Assembly (NCBI GenBank): GCA_963775425.1
Contig: CAVZJB010000014.1
Coordinates: 128,001 to 192,000, forward strand
DNA from: an uncultured delta proteobacterium
GTDB taxonomy: Bacteria; Myxococcota; UBA727; VGSZ01
Reading direction: 5' to 3'
DNA length: 64,000 nucleotides
The notes below the pieces were generated by a model. The model did not search any database. It was not told where the DNA came from and was given only the letters and a program-made list of their open reading frames with translations. Shown piece after piece: positions 22,368-31,393 of the stretch. The first letter of the stretch is position 1. Each line of letters begins with the position of its first letter. The position numbers were made by a program, and so were the translations under genes.

Positions 22368-23336
22368 TCAGCGCATGTGGGCGTTTTGCGGGATCTCGAC
22401 GTCGACGGCGGCGCCGCTCCTGTGGGCGCGCAGGCGGGCGAAGGCGTCGGCGTGGAAGGCGCGGAACTTCTCTTTGGTGTGAAAGCGCTCCGCCACCTCG
22501 GCGTAGACGCGCGCGGCCTCGTCGATGTCCTCGAGCGTGCACGGGGGCTCACCGCGCAGCTCGCGGAAGCACCAGGGATCCTTCACGGCGGCGCGCGCGA
22601 CGAGGAAGGCGTCGCAGCCGGTCTCGGCGTGCATGCGCTCGGCGTCTTTGCGGGTGAAGACGTCGCCGTTCCCGACGATGGGGATGCTGGCGTGCGCCTT
22701 GGCTTCGCCGATGGCGGCCCACGACGGGCGATCGCGCGAGCGCTGCTTGGCGTGGCGAGCGTGCAGCGTGAGGTGGTCGAGCGTGTCGTTGGCCATCTCG
22801 ACGACGGGGAGATAGACCTTGTGCTCGGCCTCGGCGGCGTTGAGCCCGAGGCGGATCTTGGCCGACACGCTCCGCACCGACAACGCACCGCGCGCGCGCA
22901 CGGCGTGGAGCGCCTCGAAGATCGCGCGCAGCTTGGCCCGCCGCTTCAGGAGCGCCGGGCCCGCGCCGATGCGGATGACGTCGGGGGAGGGGCAGCCGAA
23001 GTTGAGATCGATCTGCCGGATGTTCCGGAAGTGCGGGTGCGTGGTGGTTGCCAGCTCCTCGAGCACGGCCACGGCGCGCAGCAGCTCCTCGGCCCCGGTG
23101 ACCATGAGCTGCACGCCCGTGGGCGTGCTCTCGTCGAAGGTGTCGACGAGATCGAGCGTGGATCGATTGCGGCGGGCGAGCGCCTTGGCGCGGATCATCT
23201 CCGTCCACGTGAAGCCGGCGCCGTTTTGAAAGCAGAGCGCGCGGAAGCCAGCGTCGCTCACGCCTTCGAGGGGCGCGAGCAGGAACGCGCTCTGGCACTC
23301 GAGGTCGCCGGAGCGGAACGCGATGGGCAGGCTCAC
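22368..23336 (-). CDS. tRNA-dihydrouridine synthase family protein
   Basis: LAPLEGVSD, DLNFGCP, GAGPALLK, SAKIRLG, TLHAR, GNGDV; GTG start overlaps the upstream stop. Confidence 0.9.
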   Translation of the reverse strand: MSLPIAFRSGDLECQSAFLLAPLEGVSDAGFRALCFQNGAGFTWTEMIRAKALARRNRSTLDLVDTFDESTPTGVQLMVTGAEELLRAVAVLEELATTTHPHFRNIRQIDLNFGCPSPDVIRIGAGPALLKRRAKLRAIFEALHAVRARGALSVRSVSAKIRLGLNAAEAEHKVYLPVVEMANDTLDHLTLHARHAKQRSRDRPSWAAIGEAKAHASIPIVGNGDVFTRKDAERMHAETGCDAFLVARAAVKDPWCFRELRGEPPCTLEDIDEAARVYAEVAERFHTKEKFRAFHADAFARLRAHRSGAAVDVEIPQNAHMR

Positions 23337-24193
23337 GTCGGGCGCGTCTCGCCGGGCGGCGGCCGCGACGGCAACAAGCCGGTGTGGTGCTCCACGAGGT
23401 GCAGGCGCGCGAGCACCTCGCCCTGGTTCTTCAAGATCTGCTGGATGCCGAGCTCCGCCTTGAGGTTCACGAGGTAGTCGTTCTGCGCGAGGAGCTTGTC
23501 CTTCGACGCCTGCCGGTTCTGCGACATCATGATGATGGGCGCCTGCAGCGCCGCGGTCGTCGACAGCGCGAGGTTCAACAGGATGAAGGGGAACGGGTCG
23601 AAGGCGCGCTTGTCGCCGAGGCCGATGTTCACGCCCATCCAGAACAACATGGCGACGCCGAAGATGCCGATGAAGCTCCACGACCCGCCGAACGCGGCGA
23701 CGGCGTCAGCGATCCGCTGGCCGAAGGTGAGCCAATCCTCCGCTTCCTCGAGGACGTCGCGGCTCACCTGCTGCGTGAACATCGCGTTGGTCTGGCGGAG
23801 CCGCTCGCCCATCTCCGAGAGGATCTTGGTGGCCGCCTGCGGCTTGGAGGCGATGAAGGAGAGGAAGTCGTCGCGGTCGAGCGCCTGCAGGACGCACGGC
23901 TTGGTCGCCGTGGCGGTGGCGGAGCGCGGCGCTCCGTCGAGGAGCGAGATCTCGCCGAAGAACTGGCCCGGGAACAGCGAGGCCAACACCGTCCTCTGCT
24001 TGCCGTCGCCCGTGGTGATCTCGACCGCGCCCTCCTGGATGAGGAACAGGGTCGCCCCGTCGTCGCCGGCGCGGAACACCTCGGTGCCCTCGTCCAGCTC
24101 CCGCTCCTCGAGCTTTTGCAGGAGCGCCTCGGTCTCGTCGTCGGCGAGGCTCTCGAAGAGCGGCATGTTTCTCAGGAGCGTTTCCTTGTCCAT
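23333..24193 (-). CDS. cNMP-binding domain fused to a DUF1003-type membrane domain
   Basis: FGEISLLDGAPRSATA; AAFGGSWSFI, FDPFPFILLNL and APIIMMSQNRQ. Confidence 0.9.
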   Translation of the reverse strand: MDKETLLRNMPLFESLADDETEALLQKLEERELDEGTEVFRAGDDGATLFLIQEGAVEITTGDGKQRTVLASLFPGQFFGEISLLDGAPRSATATATKPCVLQALDRDDFLSFIASKPQAATKILSEMGERLRQTNAMFTQQVSRDVLEEAEDWLTFGQRIADAVAAFGGSWSFIGIFGVAMLFWMGVNIGLGDKRAFDPFPFILLNLALSTTAALQAPIIMMSQNRQASKDKLLAQNDYLVNLKAELGIQQILKNQGEVLARLHLVEHHTGLLPSRPPPGETRPT

Positions 24194-24211
24194 GCGTCCT
24201 CCGGTCCGGGG

Positions 24212-25210
24212 TCATTCACAGGAAGCGTGATCGAGGGGTTGGTGGTCGGGGCCGCCGGCGGTCTCGGAGACGAGGAAGTAGCCGGTGCCGTCCTCGTCGT
24301 AGCCGACGGCCTCGCCCTGCGGCTCGTCGGCGGGGTTTACGGCCACCTCCACGAAGTCGGAGCCGTCGACGGTGTCGGCGGTGAGGCCGTCTTTGAGCTC
24401 GGCCTCGAAGACGCCGCCGTAGGTGCGCAGGAGGAGCCGCGTGCCGGTGGTGTGCACGTCGGCGCCCGTGGGCAGGTTGGCGCCGCCGAACACGCTGCCC
24501 GGCGGGGTGAAGGTGCGCGTGACCTCGAGCGTCTCGAGCGTGTCCGGTGTCCACGGCGCCGCGTATTTGAAGATGCGCGCCAGGGTGTTGGTCTTTTCGT
24601 AGAAGACCATGGCCGAGGCGTCGGGGAGGACCACGAACGCCTCGATGTTCACGGGCCCGTCGGCGTCGTGGAGCGGGAAGGTCCACACCTTGCTCGCCGT
24701 GGCGCCGTCGGGGAGCGGGTGCTCCACGTCGACGTCGGGCTCGGGGAACGCGTACACGACGATGCCGTCGCGGCTGAGGGCGTTGTCGCCGGTGTCGGCG
24801 ACGAAGATGCAGGGCCCGCTGAGGTCGGGGCAGGGCCCGGCGGAGATGTCCTCCCAGTCGACCGCCTCGATGCCCGGGAGCGCGAGCTGCCCCAGGTCGC
24901 CGCCGCTGGTGGAGACGGCGAACACGCGGGCGGTGTCGCCGGAGTCGTTGTGCATCCACAGGACGCCCGGGTGAGACGGCGAGGTGACGACGCCGGAGGC
25001 CTCGTCGAGCTTCCCCGACTCGAGCGCGCCGACCGTCTCGGGCGCGCCGAGCTGTCCCTCGCACAGCGCGCGCTGCGGCATGTTCCAGAAGCGCGAGGGG
25101 GCCACGGGCGACAGCGGGCGGATGCCGCGGCGCGGGCAGGCGGCGCCGCCGGCGACGACGACGAGCGCCATGGCGAAGGCGGCGACGGCCAGGGGCCGCA
25201 CGGCCCTCAC
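24212..25210 (-). CDS. Secreted beta-propeller-like hypothetical protein
   Basis: Signal/lipoprotein leader; EASG, WMHNDSG, DWEDI, ADTGDN and QGEAV motifs. Confidence 0.75.
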   Translation of the reverse strand: MRAVRPLAVAAFAMALVVVAGGAACPRRGIRPLSPVAPSRFWNMPQRALCEGQLGAPETVGALESGKLDEASGVVTSPSHPGVLWMHNDSGDTARVFAVSTSGGDLGQLALPGIEAVDWEDISAGPCPDLSGPCIFVADTGDNALSRDGIVVYAFPEPDVDVEHPLPDGATASKVWTFPLHDADGPVNIEAFVVLPDASAMVFYEKTNTLARIFKYAAPWTPDTLETLEVTRTFTPPGSVFGGANLPTGADVHTTGTRLLLRTYGGVFEAELKDGLTADTVDGSDFVEVAVNPADEPQGEAVGYDEDGTGYFLVSETAGGPDHQPLDHASCE

Positions 25211-25530
25211 CGCCGCGCGCGGCGCAGCGCGCCGGCAAGGAGGGCACGCGCGTCGTCGGCGGAAGCGGCGCCGGCGCGCTCGAGGATGACCCCGCGTTGG
25301 CAGACGAGCACCTCGGGGACGAGCGCGACGCGCAGCTCGTCGAGGACCGCCGCGTTGCCGGGGTCGTCGACGTCGACGGCGATGGCGTCGACGCCCTCGT
25401 CGAGCGAGGCCGCGGTGACGGCGCGGACGGCGTCGTCGGAGGCGGGCACGCGCCGGCGCGTGATGACGACGACGACGGGCTTCTCGGCGCGCATGCGGTT
25501 TTGCGCCTCGAGCGCGCTCACGGTGATCAC
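25207..25530 (-). CDS. Thioredoxin-fold-like small protein lacking CxxC
   Basis: VDVDD..ELRVALVPEVLVCQRG resembles the thioredoxin C-terminal half; GTGA overlaps on both sides. Confidence 0.55.
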   Translation of the reverse strand: MITVSALEAQNRMRAEKPVVVVITRRRVPASDDAVRAVTAASLDEGVDAIAVDVDDPGNAAVLDELRVALVPEVLVCQRGVILERAGAASADDARALLAGALRRARR

Positions 25531-27209
25531 CCGAGGCCCTCGAGGAAGAACGCGAGCCAGGCGGGCATCGCGGAGATGTCGTGCCGCGGCGCGCCCTTGG
25601 GATCCGGCAGCGCGAGGCCGAGGCCGTCCTGCCACGCGTCGTCGAGGGCGCGCAGCTCGCCCCCGGCGGGGAACGCGAGGGAGCGCTCGATGCGGAGCCC
25701 GTCGCCGTCGGGCACGAGGCGTTGCAGCACGACGAAGCCGCTGCCGTCCTTGAGGCCCGACAGGGGCAGCACGCCGAGGGGCGCGAGCATGCTGGTGGCG
25801 AGGCGGGCGAAGGCGCGGCCGGCGGCGACGGCGGAGAGGCGGCCGGCGGCGAAGCCGGGCGGCAGGACGGCGTCGGCCCACACGATGTCTCGCACCGTGC
25901 CGCCGGTGTCCTCGGGGGGCGCGCTGGCGGACACGACCGGCCCGCTCGCGCGCGTGACGACGTCGCGGAACATGTCGGTCTCGTCGAGCGCGGCGGCGGC
26001 GCGTGCCTGCCATGCGCCGTCTCCGTCGTCCGGACGCAGGGTGATGCGGCACGCGACGGGATCGAGCGCGTGGCGGGCGACGGCGTCGACGGCGGCGCGG
26101 ACGGCGGCGCCGACGACGTCGACGCGGACGTCGGGCGGGGTGCCGTTGTCCTCCAGCCACGCGAACGCGGAGCGGCCGCGCACCTCGAGGCTCCTCAACG
26201 CGCGCGCCCAGGTGAGCAGGAGCGCGCGATCGTCCTCGCTGCGCAGGTCGAGGCCGCGCGCGTCGGGGCCGGCGGAGAACAGCCAGCCGGCGAGCGTGTC
26301 GAGCGGGGCGGTGATGGGCTGCGGGGTGCCGTCGACGCCGAGGAGCGGCTTCCCGTCGGGGCCGAGGCGCACGTCGATGCGCCCGCGCGCCGCGTCGTCG
26401 CCGCGCGGGGCGAGCTCGATGTGTCCCCGCACCGTGGCCACGCCGTCGACGTCGAACACGGCCCCGGGCTCGTCGTCGACCGCAAGCTGCGGCGCCGCGG
26501 ACGCGCGCGCGGGCACGCGCGACGGCCGCTTGGGCGGCGCGACGTCGACGACGAGGGTGACGCACGCGCCGCGGGCGGCGCCGGGGCACACGCTGCGCGG
26601 CGCCAGCAGGACGGCGCCGGGGCGAACGATGCGGGAGAGCGCGGCGGGGTCGGCGAGGAACGCGGAGTACGACGGCGCCACCTTGGGCACGTCGCCGCCC
26701 TCGATGGCGAAGGCGGGGCCGCGCGCGGCGACGTCGTCGGGGAGCGGGCCGAACGCGCGGGTGCGCGCGGGCGCGGGCAGCAGCGGGTAGAGCAGGTGCG
26801 CGAGCCGGCGGCGCTGCGCCGGCGCCGGGTACGACGGCACGAGCTCGTTGGCCGCCGCCGCCGCCTGCGCGAACCGCTCGACGTGCGCGAGCTTGTCCCA
26901 CGCGCGCGGCGCGAGGAACGCGCGCGCCTCCTCGGCGAGCGCCACGAGCCTGCGGAAGCGGTCGTCGTCGTCGAGGGCCGCCATCAGCGCGGGCGCGCCC
27001 GGGACGGTGTCGGCGCCGCTGTCGTCGCCGGCGCGCGCTGCGTCGCCTGCGGCCCGGGAGCCCACCAGCGCCGGCGCGCCCGAGGCCGGCGCGCCCGCGG
27101 GCGGCGCCCCCGCCGCCCCCGTACCGTCGACGACGCCCGCGCGTGCGCCCCCCTCGTCCGCCGAGGAGCGGGGAAGGCTCGAGTCGATCTTGGCGTCCAT
27201 CCGCACCAT
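25527..27209 (-). CDS. Hypothetical protein (about 560 aa)
   Basis: Long frame with GC3 bias, coupled to the downstream gene; start at 27209 or 27200. Confidence 0.6.
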   Translation of the reverse strand: MVRMDAKIDSSLPRSSADEGGARAGVVDGTGAAGAPPAGAPASGAPALVGSRAAGDAARAGDDSGADTVPGAPALMAALDDDDRFRRLVALAEEARAFLAPRAWDKLAHVERFAQAAAAANELVPSYPAPAQRRRLAHLLYPLLPAPARTRAFGPLPDDVAARGPAFAIEGGDVPKVAPSYSAFLADPAALSRIVRPGAVLLAPRSVCPGAARGACVTLVVDVAPPKRPSRVPARASAAPQLAVDDEPGAVFDVDGVATVRGHIELAPRGDDAARGRIDVRLGPDGKPLLGVDGTPQPITAPLDTLAGWLFSAGPDARGLDLRSEDDRALLLTWARALRSLEVRGRSAFAWLEDNGTPPDVRVDVVGAAVRAAVDAVARHALDPVACRITLRPDDGDGAWQARAAAALDETDMFRDVVTRASGPVVSASAPPEDTGGTVRDIVWADAVLPPGFAAGRLSAVAAGRAFARLATSMLAPLGVLPLSGLKDGSGFVVLQRLVPDGDGLRIERSLAFPAGGELRALDDAWQDGLGLALPDPKGAPRHDISAMPAWLAFFLEGLG

Positions 27210-27326
27210 CAGCTCCCGGGAATGCGTGCGCGCGGCCGCATCTTCCTGTGATCGCGATCGAGGAGCAAGCGCCCGACGAGCCGGGCGCTCCCACCGGCCG
27301 CGCAGGGAGGACCTATAGTCACCGAC

Positions 27327-28178
27327 GTGCTGTTCACCGCGCTCGCCGACTGCCCCGCCTGCCGTGTGCAAGGCGCCGTCGTCGAGACGTGGGACTCGCA
27401 GACGCCCGGCACCCCCGTGGCCGCGCGCTGTCGCATGTGCACGCGGGAGCTCGAGGGGGGCGTGGAGACCCGGCCGCCCGCGCCGCTCGCCCGCCTCTCC
27501 GACGTCGACGCCGCCCTCGCGCGCTGGGCCCGCGAGGAGGGCTTCGACACGCCCGCGGAGCTCGCGCACAGCGCCTTCGTCTCCGGCACCGTCGCCAGCA
27601 TCCACAGCGCGCTCATCCTCGGTGAGCCGGTGGAGACGTCCTTCGACGTCATGGGCTTCCTCTTTTCGCACATGGGCGGCGCGTCCCCCGGGGTGTCCTC
27701 GTCCCCGAGCGTCGCCGCGCCCCGCTCGTCGTCGCTCGGCGGGCCGGCGCCGTCGCTGGCACCGCTGCAGGAGCGCGGCTTCGATCCGCGCAACGAGCTC
27801 CTCGCGCTCGCCGCCACCGCCGCCGCCGACGGCGCCGTCGCCGAGGTGGAGGTGCGGTTCCTCGAGGCGTACGCGGCCGAGCGCGGCCTGCGCCCGCTCG
27901 TGCCCGGCGAGCTGCGCGTGCACCGCCCCGACGAGGTCGGGCCCGTGGGCGGGCTCCTCGACCGCGAGCGCGTGATCGAGCGCATGGTGCAGGTGGCCTT
28001 CGTCGACGGCGACGTCCTCGACGAGAGCGAGGCGCGCGTGATCCGCGGCTTCGCCCGCGCGTGGGGCGTCGACCCCGCCCGCGTCGACGACCAGGTGCGC
28101 GCCTGGACCGAAGAGGGACGCGGGTTGCTCGCGCGTTTGTTGTCGCGAGCGGCGCGGCACCTGCTTCCCGAAGCTTGA
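27327..28178 (+). CDS. Protein with N-terminal CxxC/CxxC zinc site and C-terminal TerB-like domain
   Basis: CPAC..CRMC; AAADGAVAEVE and AFVDGDVLDESE resemble the paired TerB ADG..E motifs. Confidence 0.7.
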   Translation: MLFTALADCPACRVQGAVVETWDSQTPGTPVAARCRMCTRELEGGVETRPPAPLARLSDVDAALARWAREEGFDTPAELAHSAFVSGTVASIHSALILGEPVETSFDVMGFLFSHMGGASPGVSSSPSVAAPRSSSLGGPAPSLAPLQERGFDPRNELLALAATAAADGAVAEVEVRFLEAYAAERGLRPLVPGELRVHRPDEVGPVGGLLDRERVIERMVQVAFVDGDVLDESEARVIRGFARAWGVDPARVDDQVRAWTEEGRGLLARLLSRAARHLLPEA

Positions 28179-28193
28179 GACAAGGAGCGTGCG

Positions 28194-29162
28194 ATGACGA
28201 CGACGGCGATGGAAAAGAGCGGGAGCGTGCACGACCAGATCGGCCGCATCGGCCTTCAGCACGCGGAGGTCGTGAAGAACGTCGAGCGCGTGATCCTCGG
28301 CAAGAAGAAGGTGGTCGAGCGCGTGCTCGCCGCCATGACCGCCGGCGGACACGTGTTGCTCCTCGACGTGCCCGGCGTCGGCAAGACCATGCTCGCGCGC
28401 TCCATCGCCGCCTCCATCCACGGCTCCTTCAAGCGCATCCAGTTCACGCCGGACCTGCTGCCGCTCGACATCACCGGCACCAACATCTTCAACCTCAGGA
28501 GCAAGGCCTTCGAGTTCGTGCCCGGACCCGTGTTCGCCAACCTCCTCCTCGCCGACGAGATCAACCGCGCGACGCCCAAGACGCAGGCGGCGCTCCTCGA
28601 GGTGATGGCGGAGGGCCAGGTCACCGTGGAGGGCACCACCCACCAGCTCCCGCCGCCGTTCCTCGTCATCGCCACCATGAACCCCCTCGACCACGACGGC
28701 ACTTTCCCGCTGCCGGCGGCGCAGCTCGACCGCTTCAGCGTGCGGCTGTCCATGGGCTACCCCGCGCCCGAGGCCGAGATGCGCATGCTCGACGTGCACC
28801 TCGGCAAGGACGTGGCCATCGAGGGCCTGACGCCCATCGTGCCCATCGAGGACTTCCTCGGGTGGCAGCGGCTCGTACCCCACGTTCACGTGGCCGAGAG
28901 CGTCAAGCGCTACGCGGTGAACGTCGTCACGGCGATGCGCGAGGACGCCTCGTGTCTCCAGTCACCATCTCCCCGGGCGACGCTCATGTGGCTGCGGCTG
29001 GCCATGGCGACGGCGATGTTGCAGGGGCGCGACCACGTCGTCCCCGCCGACCTGCAGGACGTCGCCGTCGACGTCATGGCGCACCGCATCGTGATCGCGG
29101 GAAATCGTTCCGCGGCCTCCTTCGTTGAGGAGAGCGTGCGCCGGACCGCCGTCCCGCGGTGA
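28194..29162 (+). CDS. MoxR family AAA+ ATPase
   Basis: DVPGVGKT, RIQFTPDLLP, LADEINRA, ATMNP, AQLDRF. Confidence 0.95.
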   Translation: MTTTAMEKSGSVHDQIGRIGLQHAEVVKNVERVILGKKKVVERVLAAMTAGGHVLLLDVPGVGKTMLARSIAASIHGSFKRIQFTPDLLPLDITGTNIFNLRSKAFEFVPGPVFANLLLADEINRATPKTQAALLEVMAEGQVTVEGTTHQLPPPFLVIATMNPLDHDGTFPLPAAQLDRFSVRLSMGYPAPEAEMRMLDVHLGKDVAIEGLTPIVPIEDFLGWQRLVPHVHVAESVKRYAVNVVTAMREDASCLQSPSPRATLMWLRLAMATAMLQGRDHVVPADLQDVAVDVMAHRIVIAGNRSAASFVEESVRRTAVPR

Positions 29163-29236
29163 GCCGTCGCAGGTGACGTGCATTCCAAAGCGGCGCCGGC
29201 TTTCCCCTGGTCGCCCGCGGTACCCTCGAGGGCAAG

Positions 29237-31393
29237 ATGCAAGCGAAACGCCTCCGCCCGACGTCACCGAAGACCCGCGGCAAGCTCGCCTTGAGCTGGC
29301 TCCTGCTCGGCTGGGCGGGCGGTCACCGCTTCTACCTCGGGCACGGCGTGCAGGCCGCGCTGCTCCTGCTCCTCACGCTCGCCACCTGCGGCGTCGGCGG
29401 CCTCGTCGGCTTCATCGACGGCGCCGTCGTCTTCTTCGGGCGGCCCAAGGACGCCCACGGCCTGCCGGTCGTCCCCGCGGGTGACAAGCTCTACGCCGAC
29501 GACGTCGAGGCGCACGCGCTCCCCACGGGTGACGCGCTGTTGCACCTCGCCTTCCACCTCGGGGTGATCTTCCTGCTGCCGTTCGTGGTCGGCGCCGCCG
29601 CCGGCATCTTCCTCGAGACGAGCCAGGTGCGGGACACGGCGCCGATGCTGGCGGCGCTGGCGGCGGTGGTGCTGCTCCCGGTGCTCGCCGTCCACGTCGT
29701 CGGCGTGCTGTTGAAGACGCGCGCGGAGGCGGCGCTGCTGCGCGACGCCGGCGCGCTCTCGTTGCGCACGTGGCTCGACGCGGCCGCGCGCAGCGCGAAG
29801 ATCCTGACGGGGCGCGGCTTCATCGTCCTCGGCACCGGGCTCGCGTTCATGGTGCTCGCGCTCGCGTACCGCTGGGCGAGCCTCGGCGTGCTCGCCGTCT
29901 TGTCGCTGACCGCGTTCTATCTGGCGACGGGCGCTTCGGCGCTGGTGTCGGCGTTCCTGGTCAGGCGCTTCACGCCCGACGCGCTCGGCCGCGGCGGCAG
30001 CATGCACCGCCGCGTGTCGCCCGGCGTGGTGCGCGCCGGCGACGCCGCCACGGAGACCGTCGACATCGCACGCGTGCCCGTGCCGCCGGGCTTCTTCCTG
30101 CTCCTCGAGGGCGCGTGGCCGGGGCGCATCGAGACCCGGGTGCGCCACGTGGTCCCGCCCCACGCGCGCGACGAGCGCGTCACGCTGGAGACGCCGCTCA
30201 AGCGCACCCCGCGCGGCGCGTGGGACGCGCCGCCTCTGCGGGTGAGCTTCACGGACCTCCTCGGTCTCACGAAGACGAGCGTGGCGTCGTTGGCGACGGC
30301 GCGCTTCAAGGCGCTGCCGCGGGTGTCCAAGGCCGAGATCGTGGACCCGCCGCCGTCGCAGATGGAGATCCCCGACGTCGTCACGCGGCAGCATCGCTTT
30401 CCCACCGAGGACCTCTTCCGCTTTCGCGAGTACGTCCCCGGCGACGACACCCGCCGCATCCATTGGAAGATGTCGATGAAGACGGGGCGGCTGCAGGTGA
30501 AGAAGCCCGACAGCCGCGAGGCCACGTCCAAGCGCGTGCTGGTCGCGCTCGACACGCACGTGCCCACCGGTTGGCTGTCGCACGCGGCGGTGCTCGACGA
30601 GGCGCTCGACGGGCTGGTGGAGTGCTGGCTGTCGCTGGCGCAGAAGCTCATCGAGGACGGCCAGAGCGTGACGCTGGTGTTGCGCGCGCGCACCGACGAA
30701 GGCGACGGCATGCGCACCGAGGTCATCCCGTGCACGCGCGGGAACCACGCCCACCAGCTCGACGCCGGCGCGCGCGCGGAGTGGCAGGACGGCGTCTCCA
30801 TCGAGGCGGTGCTCGACGAGGCCGCCCGTGAGCATCACCTCGAGGCGTTCGACGCCGCGGTGGTGGTCTCCATGCGCCTCGACGTGCCCGCGCACAAGAT
30901 CGCCGGCGCGCACGAGACCACCTGGGTGTACCTCCACCCGCGCGACGCGCTCGGGCCGCCGCCGCCGTCGGCGTTCGACGTGTGGCTGTCGTTCGACGGC
31001 GAGGAGCGCAAGGGCCTCAAGGCGTTGTCGCGCTTGTTCCTGTTGCCCTACCCCGCCGGCTCCGACGACAACGGCTGGCGCGCGCGCATGAAACACCTCG
31101 AGGCGCGCCTCGAGGACCGCACCCATCGCGTGGAGCTGCGCCGTGACGTCGAGCGCGCCGGCGACGCGGCGCTCACAGCCTTGATGCACTCGGAGGACGC
31201 GGTGTACCGCGTGGAGCTCTGCGACGGCCGCTGCCGCCTGCGCGGCTTGAAGGGCGTCACCCGCCGCGCGCGGCTCGCCGGGCAGGGGACGCGCGCCGTG
31301 GGCACTTCGGTCCACTGCGACACCGCCGACGACGACGAGCGGGCCGTGAGCGCGCACGAGCGCGTGCGCGCCAACTTCGGAGGTGCGCGATGA
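29237..31393 (+). CDS. TM2-domain plus DUF58 membrane protein
   Basis: GGHRFYLG (TM2); REYVPGDDTRRIHWK (DUF58). Confidence 0.85.
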   Translation: MQAKRLRPTSPKTRGKLALSWLLLGWAGGHRFYLGHGVQAALLLLLTLATCGVGGLVGFIDGAVVFFGRPKDAHGLPVVPAGDKLYADDVEAHALPTGDALLHLAFHLGVIFLLPFVVGAAAGIFLETSQVRDTAPMLAALAAVVLLPVLAVHVVGVLLKTRAEAALLRDAGALSLRTWLDAAARSAKILTGRGFIVLGTGLAFMVLALAYRWASLGVLAVLSLTAFYLATGASALVSAFLVRRFTPDALGRGGSMHRRVSPGVVRAGDAATETVDIARVPVPPGFFLLLEGAWPGRIETRVRHVVPPHARDERVTLETPLKRTPRGAWDAPPLRVSFTDLLGLTKTSVASLATARFKALPRVSKAEIVDPPPSQMEIPDVVTRQHRFPTEDLFRFREYVPGDDTRRIHWKMSMKTGRLQVKKPDSREATSKRVLVALDTHVPTGWLSHAAVLDEALDGLVECWLSLAQKLIEDGQSVTLVLRARTDEGDGMRTEVIPCTRGNHAHQLDAGARAEWQDGVSIEAVLDEAAREHHLEAFDAAVVVSMRLDVPAHKIAGAHETTWVYLHPRDALGPPPPSAFDVWLSFDGEERKGLKALSRLFLLPYPAGSDDNGWRARMKHLEARLEDRTHRVELRRDVERAGDAALTALMHSEDAVYRVELCDGRCRLRGLKGVTRRARLAGQGTRAVGTSVHCDTADDDERAVSAHERVRANFGGAR